A stretch of 64,000 bases of DNA from the human T2T-CHM13v2.0 reference genome, Homo sapiens: assembly GCA_009914755.4 (NCBI GenBank), contig CP086569.2, positions 10,976,001-11,040,000 on the forward strand, written 5' to 3'. The position numbers and the translations under genes were made by a program. The notes beneath the pieces were generated by a model, which saw only the letters and a program-made list of their open reading frames with translations, did not search any database and was not told the origin of the DNA. Below, one piece after another: positions 34,754 through 46,835 of the stretch; the first letter of the stretch is position 1, and the number at the start of each line of letters is the position of its first letter.

Positions 34754-35048
34754 ATTCCATTCTTTTCCATTCCATACCATTCCATCCTACTCTTCTGCAC
34801 TCCACTCAACTCCATTCCATTCCATTCCATTCCACTTCATTCCACTCCACTCCACTCTATTCCAATCCACCCCATTCCAATCCAATCCACTCCACGCCAC
34901 TCCATTCCATTCCTTCCCATTCCATTCCTGTCCATTCTACTCCACTTCATTCCATTCTTTCCCATTCCATTCCACTCCATTCCACTCCACTCAATCCCAC
35001 TCCATTCCATTCCATTCCATTCCATTCCACTCAATTCCATTACATTCC

Positions 35049-35124
35049 TTTCTTTTGACAGGATCTCCCTCTGTCATAAAGGCTGCACTGCATTGGTCAA
35101 TATCAGCTCACATTTCGTTTCACT
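35049..35124 (-). mobile_element. Alu 3'-end-derived fragment, subtype B
   Basis: tttcttttgacaggatctccctctgtcataaaggctgcactgcattggtcaatatcagctcacatttcgtttcact. Confidence 0.7.
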
Positions 35125-35404
35125 ATTCCATTCCATTCCATTTGATTTCATTCCATTCCATTCCACTCCACTCCACTCCAATCCACTCCATTCCATTCCA
35201 TCCAATTCCATGCCACTCCACTCCATTCCACTACACTCCATGCCACTCCATCCCGTTCCATTCCTCTCCATTCCAATCCAGTCAACTCCACTTCACTCCA
35301 CTCCATTCCATTCCATTCCATTCCATTCCATTCCATTCCATTCCATTCCATTCCATTCCATTCCATTCCCTTATATTCCATTCCACACACTTCAATTCCA
35401 TTCC

Positions 35405-35482
35405 TTTCTTTCACAAGACTCCCTTTCTCTCACCCAGGCTGGAGTGCAGTGGCTCAATCTGAGCTCATATTACATATCACCA
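35405..35482 (-). mobile_element. Alu 3'-end-derived fragment, subtype B
   Basis: tttctttcacaagactccctttctctcacccaggctggagtgcagtggctcaatctgagctcatattacatatcacc. Confidence 0.75.
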
Positions 35483-35931
35483 TTCTATTCCACTGCATTC
35501 CATTGCACTGTATTCAATTGCATTCCGTTCCATTGCATTCTATTGCATCCCATTCCACTCCATTCCATTCCATTCCATTGTATTCCATTGCATTCCATTC
35601 TATTCCATTAAATTGCAATCCATTCCATTCCATTCCACTCCTTTCCGTTCCATTCCATTCCATTCCTCTCCACTCCATTCCATTCCTCTCCACTCTACTA
35701 AATTCCATTCCATTCCGTTCCATTCCATTCCATTCTATTCCATTCCACTCCACTCCAATCCACTCCAATGCTCTCCACTTGACTCCACTGCTCTCCACTC
35801 CACTCCACTCCATTCCATTCCACTCCATCCCATTCTATTCCACTGCATTCCCCTCCACTCCACTCCACTCTAGTCCAATCCAGTCCTCTCTACTCCACTC
35901 CATTCCATTCCCCTCCATTCCCTTCCATTCC

Positions 35932-36012
35932 TTTCCTTTGAAATTATGTCACTCTGTCACACATATTGGGGTGCAGTGGAAGAATATCAGCATATATTTC
36001 ATTTCACCATAG
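35932..36012 (-). mobile_element. Alu 3'-end-derived fragment, subtype C; paralog of 24680
   Basis: tttcctttgaaattatgtcactctgtcacacatattggggtgcagtggaagaatatcagcatatatttcatttcaccatagcc. Confidence 0.65.
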
Positions 36013-36649
36013 CCTTCCATTCCATTCCCCTCCATTCTATACTTTTAAACTCCACTCCATTTCAGTCCACTCCACTCCACTCCATTTCACTCCACTCCCC
36101 TCCATTCTACTCCTCTCTACTCCATCCCATTCCATTCCACTTCATTCTACTCAACTCCACTCCACTCCACTTCTTTCCATTCCATCCCATTCAATTCCAC
36201 CCCAATCCATTCCACTGCACTCCACTCCAATCCTTCCATTCAATTCCACTCCATTACACTCCACTCCATTCCAATCCATTCCAATTCTTTACATTCCATT
36301 CCATTCCAGTCCACTCTACTCCTCTACGTTTCTCTCCACTCCACTGCATTACATCCCATTCCATTCCACTCCACTCCACTCCATTCGATTCCCTTCCAGT
36401 AAATTCCATTCCATTCCTTTAAATTCTAATCCACTCCACTCCTCTCCACTCCATTCAATGCCATTCTATTCCATTACATTCCAGTCCATGGTACTCCATT
36501 CCACTCCACTCCACTCCACCACATTCCATTCCATTCCATCCCATTCCACTCCATTCCACTACTCTCCACTCTACTCCACTCCACTCCCCTCCACTCCTCT
36601 CCACTACACTCCATTCCATTCCAGTCCATTTAACTGCATAACATTCCAT

Positions 36650-36760
36650 TTATTTCTTTCGGCAGCATCTCACTCTGTCACACAGGCTGGAATGCAGTGG
36701 CACACAGTCAGCTCAGGCTGGAGTGCAATGGCACTGTATCAGCTCACATTTCATTTCACC
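36650..36760 (-). mobile_element. Alu 3'-end-derived fragment, subtype Bd (internal duplication)
   Basis: tatttctttcggcagcatctcactctgtcacacaggctggaatgcagtggcacacagtcagctcaggctggagtgcaatggcactgtatcagctcacatttcatttcacc. Confidence 0.8.
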
Positions 36761-37090
36761 ATTCCATTCCATTGCATTCAATTCTACTCCACTCCACTCC
36801 ACTCCATTCCATTCCATTCCACTCCAATCCACTCTACTCCACTCCACTTCATTCCACTCCACTCCATTCCATTCCATTCCACTCCATTCCACTCCAATGC
36901 CCTGCACTTGACTCTACTCCAATCCACTCCATTCGATTACTTTCTACTCCATAACATTCTATTCCACTCCATTCACATCCACTCCACTCCACTCTACTCC
37001 ATTCCAGTCCGCTCCACTCCACTTTACTCCACTCCCCTCCTCTCCACACCGCTCCGCTCCACTCCATTCCACTCCACTGCATTCCATTCC

Positions 37091-37173
37091 TTTCTTTCAA
37101 CAGGATCTCATTCTTTCAGCCACGTTATAGTGCAGTGCAACAATCTCAGCTCACATTTCGTTTCACCATAGCA
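37091..37173 (-). mobile_element. Alu 3'-end-derived fragment, subtype D; paralog of 26745
   Basis: tttctttcaacaggatctcattctttcagccacgttatagtgcagtgcaacaatctcagctcacatttcgtttcaccatagc. Confidence 0.7.
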
Positions 37174-37515
37174 TTTCATTCAATTCCATTCCCTAAAATT
37201 CCATTCCATTCCAGTACACTCTACTCCACTCCACTCCGCTCCATTCTATCCTGTTCCATTCCATTCCATTCCATTCCATTCCATTCCATTCCATTCCATT
37301 CCAATCCACTCCTCTCCTCTCCACTCCGCTCCATGACATTCAATTCCATTACATTCCAGTACATACTACTCCATTCCACTAAACTCCACCCCGCTACATT
37401 CCATTCCATTGTCCCATTTCACTGCATTCCACTACTCTTCACTCTACTCCACTCCATTCCACTGTACTCCTCTCCACTCCATTTCATTACATTTCACTCC
37501 TTTCCATTCCATTGC

Positions 37516-37624
37516 TTTCTTTCAAAGACATCTCACTCTGTCACACAGGATGGAGTGCAGTGGCACCATCTCAGCTCAGGCTGGAGTGCAATGACACAGT
37601 ATTAGCTCACATTTCATTTCAGCA
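37516..37624 (-). mobile_element. Alu 3'-end-derived fragment, subtype Bd (internal duplication)
   Basis: tttctttcaaagacatctcactctgtcacacaggatggagtgcagtggcaccatctcagctcaggctggagtgcaatgacacagtattagctcacatttcatttcagc. Confidence 0.8.
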
Positions 37625-37828
37625 TTCCATTCCATTCCATTCCATTCCATTCCATTCCATTCCATTCCACTACACTGTGATCCACTCCACTCAACTTCAC
37701 TGCACTCCACTGTTTTGCATTCCCTTCCCTTCCTTTCTTTTCCATTCCATTCCAATCCATTCCATTCCACTCCCCTCCATTCGACTCCGTTCTATTCCAT
37801 TGCATTGTACTGCATTCCATTCCATTCC

Positions 37829-37904
37829 TTTATTTTCACTTCATCTCACTCTTTCATCCTGAATTCAATGCAGTCACACAATCTTAGCTCACATTTCATT
37901 TCAC
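37829..37904 (-). mobile_element. Alu 3'-end-derived fragment, subtype A-like
   Basis: tttattttcacttcatctcactctttcatcctgaattcaatgcagtcacacaatcttagctcacatttcatttcacc. Confidence 0.7.
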
Positions 37905-38562
37905 CATTCCATTCCATTCCATTCCACACCATTTTATTAAACTCCTACACATTCCACTCCACTCTACTCAATTCCATTCCACTCCACTTCACTCCATTGC
38001 TTCCCTTTCCATTCCATTGTATTCCACTGCACTACGTTGCACTTCAATCAACTCCACATCACTCCAATCCATTTCATTCTCTTCCTTTCCATTATGTTCC
38101 TTTGTGTTCCATTCCACCTATTTCCATTCCACTGCACTCCATTCCACTCCACTCCGTTTCACTCCATTGAACTCCATTCCACTCCATTCCACTGTATACC
38201 ACTCCTTTCCTATCCATTCCACTCCACTCGACTCCATTTCTCTCCGCTCCATTCCATTCCACTCCATTGTATCCAATTCCACTGCATTCCATTCCACTCT
38301 CCACCACTCCCTTCCACTCCCTTTGACTCCATTCCACTGCACTCCAACTCTACTCCTCTCAACTCCATTTCAATGCTTTCCATTACTTTCCACTCCACTC
38401 CATTTCCATTCCATTCCATTCCATTCCATTCCATTCCATTCCATTCCATTCCATTCCATTCCACTACATTCCACTCCATTTCATTCCACTCCACTGTGTT
38501 CCATTCCATTCCATTCCACTCCACTGCATTTTATTCCATGCTTCTACATTCCATTCCATTCC

Positions 38563-38636
38563 TTTATTTCGACTGGATCTGACTTTGTCACCAGACTGAA
38601 GTGCTGTGGCACAATCTTAGCTCTCATTTCATTTCA
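38563..38636 (-). mobile_element. Alu 3'-end-derived fragment, subtype A
   Basis: tttatttcgactggatctgactttgtcaccagactgaagtgctgtggcacaatcttagctctcatttcatttcaa. Confidence 0.75.
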
Positions 38637-38666
38637 ACAAACAATTCCAATCCATTCTATTCCATT

Positions 38667-38765
38667 CTGTTCCATTCCATTCCATTCCATTCCATTCCAT
38701 TCCGTTCCGTTCCGTTCCGTTCCGTTCCGTTCCATTCCGTTCCGTTCCGTTCCATTCCATTCCAC
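38667..38765. repeat. (CCATT)n run with CpG-containing (CCGTT)n sub-run (38699-38752)
   Basis: cattccgttccgttccgttccgttccgttccgttccattccgttccgttccgttccattcc. Confidence 0.85.
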
Positions 38766-39127
38766 TCCACTCCACTCCACTCCACTGCTCCCCATTCTGT
38801 TCCGTTCCATTCCATTCCATTCCATTCCATTGCACTCCCATCCACTCCACTCAAGTACACTGCACTTCACTCTACTCCAGTCCATCCATTTGATTCCATT
38901 CCGTTCCATTACATTCCACTCCACTCCATTTCCCTTCATTCCACTCCATTCCACTCCAATCTACTCCACTCCAATCCGTTCCTTTTGACTTCATTCCATT
39001 TGATTCCACCATATTCCATTCCATTCCACTCCATTCCACTCCGCTCGATTCCACTCCACTCCATTCAACTCCACTCATCTCCATTCCATTGAATTCCATT
39101 CCACTCCACTCCATTCCATTCCATTCC

Positions 39128-39203
39128 TTTATTTCGACTGGATCTCACTCTGTCACCAAGTCTAAAGTGCATTGGCCCAACTGTAGCTCACATTTCATTT
39201 CCC
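39128..39203 (-). mobile_element. Alu 3'-end-derived fragment, subtype A (caagtctaaagtgca variant, related to 3015/3750)
   Basis: tttatttcgactggatctcactctgtcaccaagtctaaagtgcattggcccaactgtagctcacatttcatttccc. Confidence 0.75.
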
Positions 39204-39212
39204 ATTCCATTC

Positions 39213-39288
39213 CACTCCATTCCATTCCATTCCATTCCATTCCATTCCATTCCATTCCATTCCATTCCATTCCATTCCGTTCCGTTCC
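39213..39288. repeat. Near-perfect (CCATT)n run, ~15 units
   Basis: uninterrupted pentamers immediately 3' of Alu-derived fragment at 39128, as after 3015 and 3750. Confidence 0.85.
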
Positions 39289-39652
39289 ACTGGATTCCGA
39301 TCCACTCTACTCAACTCCATTTCAATCCAGTCCACTCCATTCTGTTCTGTTCCATTCTATTCCTTTCCATTCCATTCCATTCCGTCCTATTCCATTCCAT
39401 TCCACTCCACTCCATTCCATTCTACTCCATTCTGTTCCACTCCACGCCACTCCACTCCATTCCATTCCATTCTATTCCATTCCATTCCATTCTATTCCAC
39501 TGCCATCTGACCCACTCAATTCAACTTCACAGCACTCCACTCCGATCGATTCCGTTCCGTTCCATTCCGTGTAGTCCACTGCATTGAATTGCACTCCACT
39601 CCATTCCACTCCACTGCATTCCCTTCCATTCTAATGCATTCCATTCCATTCC

Positions 39653-39728
39653 TTTATTTCGAATAGTTCTCACACTGTCACCCAGACTGGAGTGCAGTGG
39701 CACCAACTTAGCTCATATTTCATTTCAC
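39653..39728 (-). mobile_element. Alu 3'-end-derived fragment, subtype A
   Basis: tttatttcgaatagttctcacactgtcacccagactggagtgcagtggcaccaacttagctcatatttcatttcaca. Confidence 0.75.
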
Positions 39729-39963
39729 AATTCCAATCCATTCGTTTCCACACCATTCCATTCCACTCCCCTCCACTCCACTCCCATCCATTCCACTCTA
39801 CTCCACTCATTTCAATGCATTCCATTCCTTTCCATTCCAGTGCACTCCAATCCACTGCATTCAAATCCACTCCATTTCACTTCACTCCACTACATTCCGT
39901 TCCATTATGTTTTATTCCACTCCACACCATTCCATTCAATTCTACTCCATGCGATTCCATTCC

Positions 39964-40040
39964 TTTATTTAGACTGGATCTCACTGTGACACCCACACTG
40001 GTGTGCAGTGGCCAATCTTATTTCATATTTCCTTTATCAT
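39964..40040 (-). mobile_element. Alu 3'-end-derived fragment, subtype A, diverged 3' part
   Basis: tttatttagactggatctcactgtgacacccacactggtgtgcagtggccaatcttatttcatatttcctttatc. Confidence 0.6.
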
Positions 40041-40686
40041 TTCTTTCCAATACATTCCATTCCATTCCATTGCATTCCATTCCACTGCACTCCAATCCAC
40101 TCCCCTCAACTCCATTCCAATCCACTCCATTCCATTCTGTTCTGTTCCATTCCGTGCCACTCCATTCCACTCCATTCTATTCCATTCCACTTAATTCAAT
40201 TCCATTCCATTCCACTCCATTGCTCTCCATTCCACTCCACTCCTTTCCATTCCTCTCCACTCCACTCCATTCCAATCCATTCCTTTCCATTCCACTCCAT
40301 TCCATTCCATACCACTCCACTCCACTCTTCTCCACTCCACTCCTCTCTATTCCATTCCATTTCATACCACTGTCCCCCATCAACTCCACTCAACTTCACT
40401 CCTCAACACTTCTCTCCGTTCTTTTTGTTCTTTTCCTTTCCATTCCATTCCACTCCATTCCATTTCATTCCACTCCATTCCATTCCATTGCATTCCACTC
40501 TTTTCCATTCCATTCCACTCCACTCCGTTCCACTCCACTCCACTCCACTCCATACCAATCCAATCCATTCCATTCCACTCCTTTCCATTCCATTTCACTC
40601 CATTCCACTACACTCCCATCTATTCTACTACATTCCATTCCTCTCCACTGCATTGTATTCCATGAAATTCCATTCCTTTCCATTCC

Positions 40687-40762
40687 TTTATTTCGACTGG
40701 ATCTCTCTTGGTCAGCAGAGTGAAGTGCAGTGGCACAATCTTAGCTCACATTTCATTTCACC
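40687..40762 (-). mobile_element. Alu 3'-end-derived fragment, subtype A
   Basis: tttatttcgactggatctctcttggtcagcagagtgaagtgcagtggcacaatcttagctcacatttcatttcacc. Confidence 0.75.
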
Positions 40763-41147
40763 TTTTCATTCCATTCCATTGCATTCCATTGCATTCCATT
40801 CCATTCCATTCCACTACAATCCATTCCATTTCACCGCACTCTGATCCACTCCACTCAACTTCGCTCAATTCCATTCCATTCCATTCCATTCCATTCCATT
40901 CCATTCCATTCCATTCCATTCCATTCCATTCCTATCAATTCCACTCCACTGAATTTAACTCCACACCATTCCACTTCTCTCCACTAAACTCCACGCTATT
41001 CCTTTCCATTCCTCTCCTTTCCATGGCATTCCATTCCACTCCCTTCCACTTCATTCCACTCCACTCGATTCCACTCGAGTCCATTCAACTGCACTGCACT
41101 TCATTCCAGTGCATTCCATTCCACTACACTCCATTCCTTTCTGTTCC

Positions 41148-41223
41148 TTTATTTCGACTGAATCTCACTCTGTTACGCAGACTAGAGTGCTGTGGCCCCA
41201 TCTCAGCTCACATTTCATTAACC
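41148..41223 (-). mobile_element. Alu 3'-end-derived fragment, subtype A
   Basis: tttatttcgactgaatctcactctgttacgcagactagagtgctgtggccccatctcagctcacatttcattaacc. Confidence 0.75.
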
Positions 41224-41546
41224 ATTCCATTGCACTCCATTCCATTCCATTCCATTCCATTGCAATCCATTCCATTTCTCTGAATTCCGATCCACTCCAC
41301 TGAACTCCACTCCACTCTGTTCTATTCTGTTCCCTTCCAAACCATTCCATTATGTTCCATTCCACTCCACTCCACTCCATTCAATTCCATTTCATTCCAC
41401 AACTCTGTTTTCCACTTTACTCCATTAACCACCACTCCACTCCACTACATTCCATTCCCTTCACTTCCATTCCATTCCTTTCCATACCCTTCCAAACCAA
41501 TGCACACCATTTCATTCCATTCTACTCCTTTCCCTTCCATTCATTC

Positions 41547-41617
41547 ATTTTGACAGGATCTAACTCTCTCACCCAGACAGGAGTTCAGTGGCAGAACCTT
41601 AGCTCACACTTCATTAA
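41547..41617 (-). mobile_element. Alu 3'-end-derived fragment, A/B mixed
   Basis: ttttgacaggatctaactctctcacccagacaggagttcagtggcagaaccttagctcacacttcattaatc. Confidence 0.7.
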
Positions 41618-42009
41618 TCATTCCATTCCTTTCCATTCCATTCCATTCTATTGAACTCTCTGCCATTCAAACTCTTTCCGTTCCATTACATTCCAGTCCA
41701 TTCCATTCCATTCCCCTCCACTGCACTCCATTCAATTCCACTCAATTCCACTCCATTACACTCCTTTCCACTCCATTTCACTCCATTCCACTTCATTCCA
41801 CCCTACTCCACTCCTGACCACTCCAATCTATTCCATTCCATTCCATTCCCCTGCACTCCAATCCAGTCCAATCAACTTCATTCCACTCCACTCCACTCCA
41901 TTCCATTCCATTTTGTTCCATTCAGTTCCATTCTACTCGACTCCGTTCCACTCTACTCTATTACACTCCACTCCTTTCCATTCCATTATACTCCATTCCA
42001 TTCCATTCC

Positions 42010-42086
42010 TTTATATCGACTGGATCTCACTCTGTCACCCAGACTGTAGTGCAGTGGGACAATCTTAGCTCACGTTTCATTTCACC
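42010..42086 (-). mobile_element. Alu 3'-end-derived fragment, subtype A
   Basis: tttatatcgactggatctcactctgtcacccagactgtagtgcagtgggacaatcttagctcacgtttcatttcacc. Confidence 0.8.
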
Positions 42087-42352
42087 ATTCCATTCCATTC
42101 CAATCCATTTCATTCTATTTCATTCCTCTCCACTCCACTCCACTCCATTCCATTCCACTCCACTCCACTCCATTCCATTCCATTCCACTCCACTCCACTA
42201 CATTCCATTCCATTCTATTTCACCGCACTCCGAGCCACTCCACTCAACTCCACTCTACTCTACACCACTCCACTCCATTCCTTTCCTTTCCGTTCCCTTC
42301 CATTCCACTCCATGCCATTCCATTCCATTCTTCTCCATTCCTTTGCATTCCT

Positions 42353-42427
42353 TTATTTCTACTGGATCTCACTCTGTCACTCAGAATGGTGTGCAGTGGC
42401 CCTATCTTAGCACACATTTGATTCCCC
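42353..42427 (-). mobile_element. Alu 3'-end-derived fragment, subtype A
   Basis: tttatttctactggatctcactctgtcactcagaatggtgtgcagtggccctatcttagcacacatttgattcccc. Confidence 0.75.
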
Positions 42428-43706
42428 ATTCCATTCCCTTCCTTTCCGTTCCATACAATTCCATTGAATTCCATTCTATTCCACTGCATTCTGAGGCACT
42501 CCACTCCACTCCACTCCACTCCTCTGCTTTCCGTTCCATGCCATTCTTCTCCATTCCATTCCTTTCTTTTCCATTCTATTCCATTCCATTCTAATCCACT
42601 CCATTCCAATCCACTCAATTCCATTCCTATCCACCCCAGTCTACTATATTACATTACATTCCATGCAACTGCACTCCGATCCACTCCACTCATTTTCACT
42701 CCACTCGTCTCCACACCCTCAAATCCACTACATTCCCCTCCACTCCACTAAAATCTATTTCACTCCACTCCACTCCACTCCACTCCATTTCATTCCATTT
42801 TATTCCATTCCATTGCATTCCACTCCCCTAAACTCCAGTCCACTCCACTCCATTTCATTCCACTCCACTCCATTGCATTCCATTCCACTCCATTCCACTC
42901 CACTCCACGGCACTCCGCCCTTCTCAATTCCATTTCATTCCACTCCAGTCCACTCCATTCCATTCTACTGCACTCCCATTCACTCCACTCAAATACTCTC
43001 CACTCTACTTCACTCCGTTCCATTCCATTCCATTGTATTCCATTTTATTCCATTCCATTCCATTCCATTCCATTCCATTCCATTCCATTAATTTCCATTC
43101 TACTCCACTCCACTCCACTACATTCCATTCCATTGCATTCCATTTCATTCCATTCCATTCCCTTCCACTGCACTCCGATCCATTTCACTCAACTCCATGC
43201 CACTTGACTCCACTCCTTTTTGCTCTGTTCTATATCATTCCTTTACATTCCATTCCATTCCACTCCACTCCACTCCATTCTAGTCCACTCAATTGAATTC
43301 CAAAGCATTCCATTCCATTCCACTCCACTCCATTCCATTCCATTCTGCACCGTTCCTCTCCATTCCATTCTACTCCATTCCACTCCATTCCATTCCACTC
43401 CATTCCACTCCACTCTATTCCACTCCATTCCATTTCAATCCACTCCATTCCCTTCCAATCCATTCCACCCCATTCCACTGCACTCCATTCCAATCCTCTC
43501 GGTTCCACTCCAATCCACTCCATTCCACTCCATTCCTTTCCATTCCACTCCATTCAATTCCATTCCATTCCATTCCATTCCATTCCATTACCCTCTATTC
43601 CACTCTACTCCACTCCAGTCCACTCCCCTCCTTTGCACTCCAGTCCACTCCATTACTATCCATTCCATTCCAGTCCACGCCATTCCATTCCATTCGATTC
43701 ATTTGC

Positions 43707-43783
43707 TTTATTTCGACTGAATATCATTATGTCAAAATTACTGGTGTTGACTGGCACAATCTTCACTCACATTTCATTTCACC
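43707..43783 (-). mobile_element. Alu 3'-end-derived fragment, subtype A, strongly diverged
   Basis: tttatttcgactgaatatcattatgtcaaaattactggtgttgactggcacaatcttcactcacatttcatttcacc. Confidence 0.55.
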
Positions 43784-44182
43784 ATTCCATTCCACTCCAT
43801 TCCATTCCATTCCATTCCATTGCATTCCAAACAATTCCACTCTATTCTACCTGACTCCACTCCATTTCACCCCACTCATCTCCATTCCATTCCCCACCAT
43901 TGCATTCCATTCCCTTCCATTCCATTCCATTGCATTGCATTCCATTCCATTCCAGTGCACTCCGATCCACTCCACTGAAATTCACTCCACTCCACTCCAT
44001 TCTATTCCGTTTGGTTCTGTTCCATACTGTTCCATTCCACTCCATTCCATTCCACTCCACTCCATTCCACCCCACTCCATTTCACTCCATTCCAATACAT
44101 TCCACTCCATTCCACTCTATAACAGTCCACTCCACTCCACTCTGATCCAGTCCTCTCAAATCTATTAAACGCCATTCTGTTC

Positions 44183-44272
44183 CATTCCATTCCATTCGAT
44201 TCCATTCGATTCCATTCCATTCCATTCCATTCCATTCCATTCCATTCCATTCCATTCCATTCCATTCCATTC
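44183..44272. repeat. Near-perfect (CCATT)n run with two CGATT variants
   Basis: ccattcgattccattcgattccattccattcc... Confidence 0.8.
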
Positions 44273-45296
44273 CTTTTCATTCCACACCATTCCATTCCAT
44301 TCTATTCCATTCCATTCCATTCATTCCATTCCACATCATTCCATTCCTCTCCAATCCAATGCATTCCATTCCACTCCAGTCTGCTCCACTCCACTCCATT
44401 TCACTCCACTAAACTTCATTCCACTTCACTCCATCCCATTCCACTCCTGTTCATTTCATTCCACTCCACTCCACTCCATTCCAGTCCAAACCACTCCATT
44501 CCATTCCATTCCATTCCATTTCATTGCATTCCACTCCATTTCATTCCATTCCATTACACTGCATTCCGATCCACTCCACTGAACTCAACTCCACTCCACT
44601 CCACTCCATTCCACTCCGTTCCCTTCCATTCCTTTCTGTTCCCTTCCATTCCACTCTATTCCATTCCACTCCAATGTATTCCACTTGACTCCATTTCATT
44701 CCATTCCACTCCATTCCACTTTACTCCTCTCCACTTCATTCCATTCCATTCCATTCCACTCCATTCCATTCCATTCCTCGCCATTCCATTCCATTACATT
44801 GCTCTCCTTTGCACTTAATTCCACTCCACTCCGTTCCACTCTTCTGCAATCTTTTCCAATCCTCTCTATTCCTCTCCATTTCATTCCATTTCCATTCATT
44901 CCTTTCCATTCCATTTCATTCCATTCCATTCCATTCCATTCCATTCCATTCCATTCCATTCTATTCCACTGTACTCCAATTCACTCCACTCAACTCCAGT
45001 CCACCCCACTGCAATCCACTCCATTCCATTCCACTCCATTCCATTCGATTCCACTAAGTTCCATTATATTGCACTCCATTCCACTCCATTCCATTCCACT
45101 CCACTTTTTTACACCCCACTCCGTTCCACTCCACTCAATTCCAATGCATTCCACTCCTTTCATTCCATTCCACTCCTTTCCTTTCCACTGCACTTCGATC
45201 CACTCCACTCAACTCCATTCCACTCCACTCCATTCCTTTCCGTTCCATTCCAGTCCACACCATTCCATTCCGTTCTACTCTATGACATTTCATTCC

Positions 45297-45372
45297 TTTA
45301 TTTTGACTGGATCTCACTGTGTCAGCCAGACTGGTGTGCACTGGCCCAATCTTAAATCACATTCCATTCACC
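45297..45372 (-). mobile_element. Alu 3'-end-derived fragment, subtype A
   Basis: tttattttgactggatctcactgtgtcagccagactggtgtgcactggcccaatcttaaatcacattccattcacc. Confidence 0.7.
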
Positions 45373-46759
45373 ATTTCTTTCCTTGCCATTCCATTCCATT
45401 CCATTCCATTCCATTCCTTTCTACTGCACTCTGAGCCACTACCCTCAAGTTCACTCCACTCCACTCCGTTCCGTTCCGTTGCATTCCAATCCATTCCTGT
45501 CCTTTCCCCTCCATTCTATTCCATTCCACTCAATTCATTTCCATTCCATTCCACTCTATTTCACTCCTTTCCTCTCCACTCCATTCCACTTCACTCCATT
45601 CCACTCCACTCCACTCTATTCCACTCCTTTCCACTACAATCCACTCCATTCCACTCCACTCCTCTCCACTCCACTTCTCTCCTTTCCATTCCACTGCACT
45701 GCGATCCACCAAACTCAAATTCACTCCTCTCCACTCCATTCCATTCCATTCTGTTCCTTTCCATTCCTTTCCACTCCATTAAATTCAACGCCACTCCATT
45801 CCACTCCATTTCATTTCACTCCATTTCACTCCATTCCACTCCACTCCACTCTAATCCACTCTAGTCTACTCCACTCCACTCTGATGAAGTGCTCTTAAAT
45901 CCACTTCAGGCCATTCCGTTCTGTTCCATTCCATTCCATTCCATTCCTTTCCTGTACACATCCCTCCTTTCCATTCCATTCCATTCCACCCTATTGCATT
46001 CCACTGCATTCTAGTGCATTCCATTCCACTCCACTCTGCTCCACTCCACTTCATTCCTCTCCACTCCACTTCATTCCACTCCACTCTATTCCATTCCAAA
46101 CCAGTCCATTCCTTTCCGCCCCAATTCACTCCATTCCAGTCCAAACCACTCCATTCTATTCCATTCCAATGCACTCCGCCCCACTCCACTCAACTCCACT
46201 CCACTCCGTTTCATTCCGTTCTTTTCTATTCCATTCCATTCCACTCTATTCCATTCCTCTCCCCGCCATTACACTTGACTCCATTTCACTGCATTCCACT
46301 CCATTCCACACTAGTCCACTCCACTGCATTCCATTCCTCTCAATTCCATTCCATTCCACTCCATTCTATTCCATTCGCTTCCATTCCATTCCACTCCATT
46401 CCACTCCTCTCCATTCCAGTGCACTACAATCCTCTCCAATCCACTCCATTCAATTCCATTACCCTCCATTCCATTCCATTCCATTCCATTCCATTCCATT
46501 CCACTACACTCCATTCCATTCCACTCCACTGCACTTTGATCCACTCCACTCAACTCCACTGCACTCCACTCCAATCCACTCCATTCCATTCTTCCATTAT
46601 TTCCACTCTAATCAATGACTTTCCATTCCCCTCCATTCCACTCCATTCCAGTCCACTATATTCCACTCTACTTCGTTCAACTCCACTCTACTCTATTCCA
46701 CTGCATTCCAATCCACTCCATTCCTTTCCTTTCCATTCTACTTCACTCTATTCCATTCC

Positions 46760-46835
46760 TTTATTTCGATTTGATCTCACTCTGTCTCCAAGACTAAGGT
46801 GCAGTTGCTCAATCTTAGCTCACATTTCTGTAACC
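46760..46835 (-). mobile_element. Alu 3'-end-derived fragment, subtype A
   Basis: tttatttcgatttgatctcactctgtctccaagactaaggtgcagttgctcaatcttagctcacatttctgtaacc. Confidence 0.7.

Larger units (their letters stand above)
35932..37624. repeat. C-Bd-D-Bd block, paralog of 24680-27264 without the internal duplication
   Basis: same subtype order; flanking sequence after the C fragment alignable (ccattccattcccctccattctatacttttaaactccactcc...). Confidence 0.65.
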
